Below are positions 36,481 to 47,311 of a stretch of DNA of 64,000 nt, piece after piece. The stretch's first letter is position 1; each line of letters opens with the position of its first letter. The DNA comes from Centroscyllium fabricii. Taxonomy: Eukaryota. Both the position numbers and the translations under genes were made by a program. The notes beneath the pieces are model-generated. The model was given only the letters and a program-made list of their open reading frames with translations, searched no databases and was not told the origin of the DNA. Where the stretch lies: assembly GCA_051313645.2 (NCBI GenBank), contig JBNRSN020000018.1, positions 62,372,001 to 62,436,000 of the forward strand, written 5' to 3'.

Positions 36481-38347
36481 GTAGCATCACATGAAAACAG
36501 AATACTCAGTCAGAAGGAAAACTTGCCTGCACCAACGAATGAAGGAGTCTCAACAGTCAGTGCACAGATTAATTTAATTTCATTTGAAGAAGGATCTCGA
36601 CAATCTAAGACTCAAATTGATGAGGCAGAATCTGGACTTGAAACTTCCCTTGATGTTGATTCACAATATCTACCCCACAGTAGTAATCCTAGTCAGAAAG
36701 AAGTATGCTTGCTTGATATAAGTTTTGAGGATTTTCTTCCTGAGGAGCAGCAGCAACCTGGAGCTGCCCTTGAAACAGTTAAACAAACCACAGTACTTGA
36801 TGTGGCACTGAAGGAAATAGGTTCAGAACTATCAACTGAGAAAAAAGCCGTTGCTGTTGACAAAGATGAATATGATTTCAATATTTCTTCAGTGGCATCT
36901 CTGGGTGCTCATGGTAAAGCATCACAAGGCAAAAACCTTTCACAGGTGGATTCAAGGACATCTCAGTGGGATGCTCGTGGACATTGTTCCAATTCGCACG
37001 TCAAAGTTGCAGCGCATACATCAGATAGTAAAACTTCAGGCCCACATGCAAATACTTATGCTCATGCGTCTGATTCAAACCTAAATGTAGGTGAATACAT
37101 ATCCAGTGTTGAACCTGCCAGGCCGCGATGGAATATTCATGGGCATGCTTCCGAATCCAACATACAGGTTGGTGAGTATCTGTCTAATGCTGAACCATCT
37201 AGACCACGATGGAATATTCATGGGCATGCATCACAAGCCAACATACACGCTGGTGAGTACGTTTCAGATATCGAGCAGTCTTGGCCACAAGCAAATATTC
37301 ATGGGCATGCATCACAAGCCAACATCCAAGTTGGTGAGTACGTTTCAGATATCGAGCAGTCTTGGCCACAAGCAAATATTCATGGGCATGCATCACAAGC
37401 CAACATCCAAGTTGGTGAGTACGTTTCAGATATCGAGCAGTCTTGGCCACAAGCAAATATTCATGGGCATGCATCACAAGCCAACATCCAAGTTGGTGAG
37501 TACGTTTCAGATATCGAGCAGTCTTGGCCACAAGCAAATATCCATGGGCATGCTTCACAAGCCAATATACAAGTTGGTGAGTACGTTTCAGATATCGAGC
37601 AGTCTTGGCCACAAGCAAATATCCATGGGCATGCTTCACAAGCCAATATACAAGTTGGTGAGTACGTTTCAGATATCGAGCAGTCTTGGCCACAAGCAAA
37701 TATCCATGGGCATGCTTCACAAGCCAACATCCAAGTTGGTGAGTATGTTTCAGATATCGAGCAGTCTTGGCCACAAGCAAATATCCATGGGCATGCTTCA
37801 CAAGCCAATATCCAAGTTGGTGATTATGTTCCCAATGTAGAACCACCTGGAGCTAGATGGAACATCCATGGCCACGTATCACAAGCCAACATTAGGTTTG
37901 GCAAAAATATACCCGATACAGAACCATCTGGACCGCATTGGAATATACACAGTCAATCATCACAATCTCGGCTTAAAATTGGACAATATGCACCTGATGT
38001 AGAATCTCCTGTACTTGGTTGGAGTTCTTTTGGGCATCCTTCTCAGTCACATATCCGAATCGGAAAATGGTCACCAGATGCGGAAGCAAATTTGATTCCA
38101 AGGCAGAGATCTGCTGCTGGTCATTCATCTGATTCTACCATTCAAGACATATTATATAACAAACAGTCGCCAGTAGAAATCGTGGTGCCAGATGAATCTG
38201 ATGAAAAGCGGGATGCTGAAATTGTACACCCCATCATTCCTGAAGAAATAATCAAAACCACTGAAAAATCCAAACTGGATGCAGCTCTGCAAAGTCCTGA
38301 ACTTGAGCTAAACGGAAATCAAAACCAGGAACAAGATGAATCACACG
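36481..38347 (+). CDS. TUBGCP6: TUBGCP6 large exon with 27-aa tandem repeats (~human exon 16)
   Basis: tttcag| VASHENRIL... ISFEDFLP, LDVALKEI, EYDFN, PRWNIHGHAS repeats ...ESH(D) |gtaaga; 1867 bp open frame. Confidence 0.93.
37213..37822 (+). repeat. Coding minisatellite, 81-bp unit, ~7.5 near-identical copies within ~16 degenerate units
   Basis: Unit QANIHGHASQANIQVGEYVSDIEQSWP; gatatcgagcagtcttggcc occurs 7 times at 81-bp spacing. Confidence 0.97.
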
Positions 38348-38643
38348 GTAAGATTGCAAGGCCTTTTCTGGGTTTGACTCCTTCAACAGCACAGCTGTTT
38401 TTATAAGAACTGACGTTTTCTTCTACTCTACTGATAGCTGTAATGTGTAAATGGACAACATATAAAGATAACCCATTTTAAATTTTACAGCTAGTCTGAG
38501 TTCATATCACCAAAACTTGCATTGATTAGTATGTAAAATGCAGGTTGTTATTTTATTTGTAACATAGATATTTAGATTTCCAATTTACTCTGTTAAATTA
38601 GTGAAATATGTTTGTATATTTGTCCATTAATTATCTTTTGTAG

Positions 38644-38729
38644 ATACCTGTGAAAATGACATTAATGGTAAAAGTCCAGAAACAACAGTATCTGCCCACC
38701 CTCTTCAAACTACGTGCTTTCAAGATGAG
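38644..38729 (+). CDS. TUBGCP6: TUBGCP6 coding exon (poorly conserved)
   Basis: ttgtag| TCENDINGKSPETTVSAHPLQTTCFQDE |gtattt; bridges phase 1 to phase 0 exactly. Confidence 0.75.
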
Positions 38730-39346
38730 GTATTTTATTTTAAGATAGAGTTCAGTCAATGTTTTGTAATCTATGTGGTGTGGCATTCTTGACCCTTATG
38801 TGCTTGCTTGATGTTCCTGATGTGAAGTGAAATAATGGCCCTGATAATAACTCCGAGTCGGGTGTGTGGGGGGAAAGGATTTGCAGACAGGAAACCTGGA
38901 AGTAAGGGTTTCGCACAGGTCCTGCTGAATTTAATGGCAGGGCATGGTTTAAATTTTTTTTCCAAAGGTTTCATGCCCGACAGCTAGCCAGATTGACAGG
39001 CTGGCTGCCTGTCGGGTGGGAAAGCGGTTAGGGCGCAATTGGGATTTTTGGGGTTTGGATTGGTGGGGTGATCGGATCTCCAGGATTTGGATCGCAGGGT
39101 GGAGAGGGCAGCAGATCATGGTGGGTAAACGGGTAAGCTTGGTGGAACGGGGGGAGCACTCTTGCCCCTCCTGGCATAAAAGCAGTGCAATAAAGGCCTT
39201 ACCTTATGGATCCGGACCTTCTTGCTTCCTTTCATCTGCCGGGTTTCCCGAGACCTCGGAATCCTGGCTTGCAGGTGTTAAAATTAAAAGTGAAGCTAAA
39301 ATGGAGGAACCAGCCTCCTGAAAATATTTTAGTGACTGGCTCGCCG

Positions 39347-39990
39347 CCTAACATATGACGAGAGGCTGAGCAGATTGGGCCTCTACTCATTGGAGTTCAG
39401 AAGAATGAGAGGCGATCTTATTGAAACATATAAGATTATGAGAGGGCTTGATCGGGTGGATGCGGTGAGGATGTTCCCAATGGTGGGTGAAACTAGGACT
39501 AGGGGGCATAATCTTAGAGCGGGGGGCTGCCATTTCAAAACTGAGATGAGGAGGAACTTCTTCACTCAGAGGATGGTGGGGCTGTGGAATTTGCTGCCCC
39601 AGAGAGCTGTGGAAGCTACTACGTTGAATAAATTTAAAACTGAGATAGACAGTTTCCTGGAATTAAAGGTAATTAGGGGTTATGGTGAGCGGGCAGGTAA
39701 GTGGACGTGAGGCTAGGTTCAGATCGGCCATGTGATCTCCTGGACCAGTTTTCGATCGCCTAGATGGGTCGGAGAGGAATTTTCCTGATTTTTTTTCTCC
39801 CAAATTGGCTACTGGTTTTTTTAATCTGGTTTTTCGCCTCTCCCAGGTGATCACATGGGTCTGGGCGGGGTGGAGAGTAAAAATAAAATTGAGGTTAGGA
39901 TCAGATCAGCCATGATCTTGTTGAATGGCAGAGCAGGCTCGAGGGGCCGATTGGCCTACTCCTGCTCCTATTTCTTATGTTCTTATGTTC
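39347..39990 (+). mobile_element. CR1 3' fragment with long 3' UTR
   Basis: ORF 39375-39710; UTR near identical to 12360-12635; (ttatgttc)n tail. Confidence 0.9.
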
Positions 39991-40291
39991 TAAGAGCAGG
40001 TTGGTCACTCACCTCCGGTAAAACCGAAAGCGAGCGGGTTGTGGTCGGGTTTCCCTTTTTAAAAATCATTTTAACACTTTTTTAATACAAAAAAGCCTAA
40101 AAATATTGTACAAAAGTAGTGAATTCAGAATTCAATGAGTTCCCCTCCAAGTCACACACCATCCTGACTTACACATGTATTTCATCCCTTTATCTTTGTT
40201 GGGTCAATATCATAAATTCCCAACCTAACATCATTGTGAAAGCACCCATCACCACTAGGACTTCAGTGCTTCAAGAAGAAGGCCTACCAAG

Positions 40292-40520
40292 TGTGGTAAA
40301 CCACTAATCTGCCTGTACAGAACATGTCTGGGCATGCCTCAGCTGGCTCTGCCCCTGGCTCCACCCCTAAGCCCAGGTATAAAGGTGATTGACCTCCAGT
40401 CCCCCTGGCTTTAAGGATCGGTCTCTACCAGCAGAGGCTTACTCGTATTCGTTTGTTAATAAAAACCTACTTGTTATAAGTTTAACTCTTAGTCTTTTGG
40501 GAGTTATTGATGGCACATCA
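40292..40520 (+). mobile_element. Short solo LTR nested in a LINE-tail remnant (~40130-40600)
   Basis: TG...CA termini, flanks ccaag/ccaat, internal tataaa and aataaa. Confidence 0.65.
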
Positions 40521-40608
40521 CCAATACCTTGGAACAACTGGGGATGGGCAATAAATACGGCCTTGTCGGCATCGCCCACATCCAGAGAACAATTTTTTTT
40601 TTAAATTA

Positions 40609-41569
40609 CAGGTACACAATCCCTTATTCGCAACTCTAAAAACCGAAAAGCTCCAAAAACCGAAATCCTGAGTTGCGCCAAAATAACCATTTTTTTTCTT
40701 ATATAAATTGAAGGAAGTGACCAGCTGCAGCAGAAAAAATATGTTTTTACCTTGAGTTCGTGCTGTTGATGCCGTGCTAAAGGCCCTGTCACACCTTGAC
40801 GAATTAGCAAGCGCATGCCGACGTATGCAAATTTATCTAAAACGCTGGCGTTCGCTGTGTTTTTTTCAGTTTTTGGGCGTATAATAGCGTATTCATAACG
40901 AGTTGGACGTATGCATAACGTATTAGTAACGTACACGGAACGTTTCGATAAGTTACAGATAACTTATACCAACGAATGCTTAGCGTGTTGTCGGCGTTCA
41001 CAACTTATGCCCAACGATAGTCTAACTTATGCATAGCGCGCGGCAGCGTTTCGCCGACGATCACGTGGCTAGACATTATCTCGACGTATTTTGACTTATG
41101 ACTAACTTACAAGTAACGTGTGTCAACGATCGCCTAACGTGCCTACAACTTATGGCCAGCGTATGCGGACGTGTGAGTCATACGCTGGATAAGTCGAGAA
41201 ATTTTGTGCATGCTCAAAATTTCTCGACTTACTCGGAGTACAACGACGTATGCCAGCGTATGCCAGTGTGCTCTTAACGTATACAAAACTTACCCATAAC
41301 GTATTTGACGTGTACCAGTGTTTTCGCCAAATTTGCATACGCTGGCTAAAACGTCAAGGTGTGACAGCCCCATGAGGAAATAAACGGGCGATATGCCGTT
41401 CCAAAAGGCCGATATGCCGTTCCCCGACTGCGAACTGGGCCACAAACACGGCAATGCACATGCGCATGTGATCTGCGCATGTGCACTGGGCAAACTCTAA
41501 AAACCGAGAAATTCCGATAACCAAGACCCGCCCGGTCCTGAGGTTTTCGGATAAAGGGTTGTGTACTTG
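40609..41569. mobile_element. TA-target MITE (caggtacacaatcc family) with nested element
   Basis: TIR caggtacacaatcccttattcg / cggataaagggttgtgtacttg, TA TSD. Confidence 0.85.
40782..41371. mobile_element. Harbinger-type MITE nested in the previous MITE
   Basis: TIR gg.cctgtcacaccttgacg / cgtcaaggtgtgacagcccc; interior rich in aacgt/cgtat/acttat motifs. Confidence 0.8.
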
Positions 41570-41654
41570 TACTACGAATAACACCACAGTAATACTTTGA
41601 GGAAAAATCAATGTTACAGTTTTAAGTGCCTTAATAATTTTAAATTTTTTAAAA

Positions 41655-42030
41655 ATTCATTCTCTAGATGTAGACAAGGCCGACATTTATCGCCCACCCT
41701 GAGAAGGTTATAAATCTTTGCAGCAGTTTGCTGGGCCAGTTCAGAGGGCAGTTAAGAGGTGGGACTAGAGTCACATGTAAGCCAGACTGGGTAAAGCTGG
41801 CTGGTTTCCTCTCCTTAAAGGACTTTAGTGAACTGTGGGGGGTTTATAACAATCTGACTGCTTCATGGGCACGTTTTACTGATGCCAGGTTTTTATTTCC
41901 AGATTTTTTTTAACTGAATTTCAAATGATCAAACTGCCATGGTAGGATTTGAATTTGTGTTCTCTAGATAGTTAATCCAGGTCTCTGGATTACTAGCCCA
42001 GAAAAGTAACCACTACATACCGTATACCCT
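41655..42030 (-). mobile_element. SINE sharing 5'-region and 3'-tail sequence with the LINE at 54607-57722
   Basis: gagtcacatgta.gccagac..ggtaa.g..ggc...tttcct..c.taaaggac.ttagtgaac matches 57600-57720; tRNA-like head at ~41930-42030. Confidence 0.7.
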
Positions 42031-42311
42031 TTTTAGTATGATTATGGTAAATGATTTGATTCTTTACGGGAAGTCACTATGCTTGAATTTTCTATTCCAA
42101 AATATGTCATCAGCGCATCCACAAGGTCCTCTTAACACACTGAATTTCCAAATCAGCGCCAATGGTTTTTTACTTAGTAGATTTTGTTCATGAGCTTGTT
42201 GTTGAATTTTATTTGTAAAATATTTCTCCAAATCATTTTTTTGGCATTGGCATATCATTTACAAAAATGATGACTATGGATGGTGAATAATAATGCTCTT
42301 CTATCCTTTAG

Positions 42312-42552
42312 AATAAAGATCCTATAGAACTACAGAGGGCTTGTTTTCAAGCAAGAAATACACATGGCCATCACTCAAACTCTACTGTGCAAGTCCTGAT
42401 GTATCCAGCAGCTGACCTTTTGAGTTTTGCACTGGAGCCTGTCCAAGAAGCAGCTGCAGAAGGTTCTGCATGGGAGAAAGAACAGGCCTATCTCAAGACC
42501 TTGGCAGACCAGTACTGTGTGGAACAGTACCAGGACAACTATGAACTGATGT
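42312..42552 (+). CDS. TUBGCP6: TUBGCP6 coding exon
   Basis: tttag| NKDPIEL...EKEQAYLKTLADQYCVEQYQDNYELM(S) |gtaagc; resembles human EQAYLAGLAGQYHLERYPDSYESMS. Confidence 0.88.
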
Positions 42553-42985
42553 GTAAGCATTCAGTGTTTAAAGAATTAAGTGGAACTTTAACCTTTGGAT
42601 GCTTGGCATTGGAAGCATCAGTTTATCTCCATTTTAATGTTAACAGGGCTGTACCTTTTAGTGGTAATAGATGCTGAAGACTTTATTTTCCTCTTTTTAT
42701 CTCTGTTTTAGAGTGGGGGCAGCCTTCAGCGGCCTCTAGTTGAAGTGGAGTATTCGTGGGATTACTGGCTCCCATCATTAATGCCTCTATTTGGTCAAGT
42801 GACCCCTGTGGTTTTAATGTAGACACCAAATTTTAATTTCTAGTGGTTCAGTAAAATGTTATGATGATCCATTTATGCTGATTTAACACTGTCCATGAAG
42901 TAACGAGAGCAATTACTGAATCATCTGTCTGCTCAAAACCTATATTGGTGTCAAATGAGTTCTCTTTAATTTTGCCATTAATGTA

Positions 42986-43464
42986 CAGGTTGAGCACCGG
43001 TAATCCGGCACGGGTGGGACCAGGCCCGTGCCGGGAAAGTGAAAAAAACGGCAGAATGAAGTCGGTCAGTTCGCATGCGCGCACCATTCAAAATGGCCGC
43101 GCGCATGCGCACAACATTGGCAATGGCCGCCGAACGTCCTTGCGGAGTCTCCGCTGCGGTTTGTGCCTCCTGATGACGGCCAGCAGGCTTCTCCGGGGAA
43201 CCGCGCGCTTCACCATGGCGGGCGCTCGGGACTCGCACGTTCAAAACGTGGCGCGAGCCGGCGTGCCTTGACGCCACGGAAGGCCCGGCTCGTCCGGCAG
43301 CTGTTTTGAATGACCTGCGCATGCGCTCGCCGTTCGGCGGCGCATGCGCAGATCATTCGCCGAAGCCTCGTTCGCGGCTGCCATTTTGCGCATGCGCAGT
43401 GCAGTCGGGGCAATTTGTTCCGGAAGACTGAAGTTTGGGTAACTGATTACCGGTGCTCAACCTG
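42986..43464. mobile_element. TA-target MITE (caggttgagcacc family)
   Basis: TIR caggttgagcaccggtaatc / gattaccggtgctcaacctg, TA TSD. Confidence 0.9.
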
Positions 43465-44017
43465 TATTAATCACTGATAATATATACCAGTGGCCATTAG
43501 CAGCGAAATTCAAAGTGATTTCTCTTTGGTTTAACTATAGGTGAGGATTTGCAGCTGGGGTAGGAGGAATCCTGCAGGAAATCGGGGAATAGATCAGTAA
43601 CTTTGGCATCCGTGATCAGAAGCAGACGTGCTTGAAGGGATCACTTTGCCTTATGTCTGCTATGAAATTAGTTCATAAATTGGCTCATTTAAAAACCTTC
43701 TGTCCAGCATAAGTGTTTTTAATTTGCATGGTATTTCTCAGCCTTTTCCTTTATTTCCTTGAGGATTCTAAGGTGCATCATATCTTGCTGGGATGACTTG
43801 TAGAAATTTAAGGGTAAATTCACTGCATCCCCCCCCCCCCCTGACAGTGGGGAACTAAGGGAGCGTGAGATGGAAATCGGGGCTACGAGGTTGTGGCACC
43901 GATTCTCTAACCTGTGCTCCTTGTGAGTGAGGCTCCACACTGGCAACACATGATTGGTGAATTTATCTTTTAATTCTTTGGACTTGATTTTAACTTTCCA
44001 CACATTATTTGTTCCAG

Positions 44018-44186
44018 CTGAACCGCCCATTTCACACCTGCTGCAGAATGTAATAACTGAGCCATATTTATTGCCCTTGGATCCTTCTGTGCGTAGAGCA
44101 ACAGATGCAACAGCAGTGCAAGCAAGCAGTCTTATCTCACTTCCAGTACTGATGAAGCATTCCATTACATCGCCTCTTATAGCTCA
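44018..44186 (+). CDS. TUBGCP6: TUBGCP6 coding exon
   Basis: ttccag| EPPISHLLQNVITEPYLLPLDPSVRRATDATAVQASSLISLPVLMKHSITSPLIA(H) |gtaagt. Confidence 0.95.
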
Positions 44187-44437
44187 GTAAGTGTTCTTGA
44201 CTGAAACAACTATTATCATAATTGCAGTTTGTTTAAGTTAGCGAGGTAGCTCAGCACGTTATTAGTCGGGGCCTCCGACTCAGCCACTTTTCACTGATTC
44301 ATTGAAACTGCCTGGACTGGCCATTTTATTTAAACCCCCCAAAAAGTGCTAGGAAAAGTAATTGGAGAAAGAGCACAATGAAACTTCAAAGATGATATGA
44401 ATTTTTTATTCTATTATTTCAGCACTTAGTAGGAATT

Positions 44438-45925
44438 AGTGGCAGACAGTGACTAGTGGGGTACCGCAGGGATCGGTCCTTGGACCCCAGCTATTCACAA
44501 AATACATTAATGATCTAGATAAGGGAACTAGATGTAATATCTCCAAGTTTGCAGATGACACAAAGCTGGGTGGGCGTGTGTGTAGTCAGGGAGTGGTGGA
44601 GACAGAGCTGCACTTCCTCACAACTTGCGAAAACTATCAGGGAATAAGGGGAAATTTCTTCCCAAAATTTGCAACAACATGCCCTGAATTCAAAAATTTG
44701 AACGACCACCAAAAACTCCCATATCTATTGGGGGAACAGAGGGACTATAAAATTAGCGGCAAACTACGTCACAGCTTGTCATAAGCAGAGGGACAACCAG
44801 TGACTATTGAAGCTAGGAAGAGCGTACAAGATCTATATGCGGGTATATATGTATGTGTTTGCATAGTTATTCATTCAACATGTCTGGTTATGCATTTGTA
44901 TGTCCAATTGTATATGTTCTTTTATGCATTTGTATGTCCAATTGTATATGTTCTTTTTCTGTGCTTTGGCAACATAGGATGTATCTTGTCATGCCAATAA
45001 AGCAATTTGAATTGAATTGAATTGTGTGCTGCGAGGAGGATGCCAAGAAACTCCAGGGTGATTTGGACAGGTTGGGTGATTGGGCAGAGGCATAGCAGAT
45101 GCAATATAACGTGGATAAATGCAAGGTTATCCACTTTGGTATCAAAAACAGAAAGGCAGACTATTATCTGAATGGAAATAGATTGGGAGAAGGGGAAGTG
45201 CAACGAGACCGGGGCATTCTTGTGTACCAGTCGTTGAAGGTAAGCATGCAGGTGCAGCAGGCGGTGAAGAAGGCAAATAGTATGTTGGCCTTCATAGCGA
45301 GAGGGTTTGAGTACAGGAACAAGGATGTCCTGCTGCAGTTGTACAGGGCCTTGGTGAGACCGCACCTTGAGTACTGCGTGCAGTTTTGGTCACCTTATCT
45401 GAGGAAGGATGTTCTTGCCATGGAAGGAGTTCAGCAAAGGTTCACAAGGCTGATACCTGAGATGGCAGAAATGACGTATGAGGAGAGATTGGGTCGATTA
45501 GGCTTATACTCGCTGGAGTTTAGAAGAATGAGGGGATCTCATCGAAACTTATAAAATTCTGACAGGTCTGGACAAACTAGATGCAGAAAGAATGTTTCCG
45601 ATGGTCAGAGAGTCCAGAACCAGGGGACACAGTCTAAGGATAAGGGGTAAGCCATTCAGGACAGAGATGAGGAAGAATTTCTTCACCCAGAGAGTGGTGA
45701 ACCTGTGGAATTCTCTACCACAGAATGTAGTAGAGGCCAAGTCATTAAATATATTCAAGAAGGAGTTGGATATATTTCTTACAGCTAAAGGTATCAAGGG
45801 ATATGGGGAGAAGGCAGGTACAGGGTACTGAGTTTGGATGATCAGCCATGATCTCATCGAATGGCGGAGCAGGCTCGAGGGGCTGAATGGCCTACTCCTG
45901 CTCCTATCTTCTATGTATCTATGTA
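44438..45925 (+). mobile_element. CR1 3' fragment (same subfamily as CR1 A), interrupted at ~44582-45025
   Basis: [12 protein letters not shown]...INDLD...[10 protein letters not shown]; continues at 45025 to the tail. Confidence 0.92.
44582..45024 (+). mobile_element. RTEX-like LINE 3' end nested in CR1
   Basis: [19 protein letters not shown]...P.F..L.D.QKL.YLLGE; catgccaataaagc plus (aattg)n tail; inserted at gtgtgtgt. Confidence 0.6.
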
Positions 45926-46091
45926 GCACTTCAATTTACAACTTTTGTTGTAATGGACAAAATTTGAAAGTTTCAAAGCGCATTCGGCAGTCATAGGATA
46001 AGATTACTGTACTTAATACTGATTTTTTTTTAAACAGTATTACGTGTGCAAAATGGCCACTGATACTAAAGGGTTAATATTCATGTTGTGA

Positions 46092-46131
<40 letters not shown>

Positions 46132-46207
46132 TTTTTTTCCTGAGTTTTATTTGTGACATTGCCTTTTTGTAAATAACCTTTTTTTTGCCCCTTTACAAAT
46201 TTTTCAG

Positions 46208-46349
46208 TGCTTCTCTGGTCAATAAAGCCATAGTCGATTATTTATTTGTGGAACTGAACATTGAACAGAACTTTGAAGCACTGAGACATTTCCTGTTGAT
46301 GGAAGATGGCGAGTTTGCTCAATCACTTAGTGATCTGCTCTTCGAAAAG
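46208..46349 (+). CDS. TUBGCP6: TUBGCP6 coding exon
   Basis: tttcag| ASLVNKAIVDYLFVELNIEQNFEALRHFLLMEDGEFAQSLSDLLFEK |gtattg (GRIP2 domain). Confidence 0.97.
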
Positions 46350-46545
46350 GTATTGATTTGCATGGGGTAATTTTAATTTTTGGTGATGGTGGAAAATGGA
46401 TATCGAATCAACCACCAATTATACTCCTCTCCCAATTTTTGCTTAAAGTTAAGTTTTCATTTAATAAATTCCCGTAACTTCAACCCTGTGAGTTGGAAAA
46501 TCCCAATTGTAAAGTGAATTGAAATGGTTCTTTTTCTTTCAATAG

Positions 46546-46740
46546 CTTGGATCTGGACAGACACCTGGGGAACTTCTGAATCCTTTAGTTCTCAATTCGA
46601 TCTTGAACAAAGCATTGCAGTATAGTCTTCATGGAGACTCTAAGCTAGCCTCTAATCTGACCTTTGCCCTTAAATACCTGCCGGAAATGTTCAAGCCCAA
46701 TGCACCAGATGCCCTGAACTGCTTGGAACTAAGATACAAG
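46546..46740 (+). CDS. TUBGCP6: TUBGCP6 coding exon
   Basis: aatag| LGSGQTPGELLNPLVLNSILNKALQYSLHGDSKLASNLTFALKYLPEMFKPNAPDALNCLELRYK |gtcaga. Confidence 0.97.
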
Positions 46741-47131
46741 GTCAGAATGTTTTCTTACAATGAAAAAAACTTTACATTTCTAATATTTTCTTTCCTGAAT
46801 GTTATTTGAATGATTTAGTACATTTTAATTTAGGCAATTTCTGAGTGTCAATAAATAATTACAAAAATAACAGCATCTTCAATTGCAGACTAGGTTGTTA
46901 ACAGAAATGGTGCAAAATGAAGGTCAGGCAATTTAATTTTGCAATACTTATAAATTAAGTTATACTGAAATTGGAGAACGAGCAAATAATGAGGAACAAT
47001 ACAATGTGCTTCAAAAGGATTTGGATCTTTTGGGACACTGAGCCAGTAGATAGCAGATACAGTTCAATGTAGACATAACTAGTAACTAAAATTAGTATAT
47101 GTTTAATGAAGAAGCAGTCTCACATAATACT

Positions 47132-47311
47132 AGAAGTCACACAACACCAGGTTATAGTCCAACAATTTTATTTGAAATCACAAGCTTCACCTGATGAAGG
47201 AGCAGCGCTCTGAAAGCTTGTGATTTCAAAAAGAACTGTTGGACTATAACCTGGTGTTGTGTGACTTCTTACATTTGTCCACCCCAGTCCAACACCGGCA
47301 CCTCCACATCA
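47132..47311 (+). mobile_element. Penelope-type element end with an inverted 5' copy (palindromic)
   Basis: 47132-47187 is an imperfect inverted repeat of 47214-47269; 11-bp TSD cacataatact (47121-47131, 47312-47322). Confidence 0.85.
47188..47222 (+). ncRNA. Minimal hammerhead ribozyme motif
   Basis: CAC-CUGAUGA-A-GGAGC(AGC)GCUCU-GAA-AGCU-U-GUG: canonical CUGAUGA and GAAA core, stem II hairpin, palindromic AGCU stem III, CAC/GUG stem I. Confidence 0.75.

Noticed and set aside
37213-37822. CRISPR-like regular repeat array
   Set aside because: Head-to-tail 81-bp units with no unique spacers, in frame within a eukaryotic exon.
37091-37846. Overlapping ORFs in other frames and on the minus strand of the repeat
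   Set aside because: Expected by-product of a stop-free 81-bp unit repeated in tandem.
36472-38406. Standalone 644-aa single-exon gene
   Set aside because: The ATG lies in the acceptor tract and the frame runs past a GTAAGA donor; it is an internal TUBGCP6 exon.
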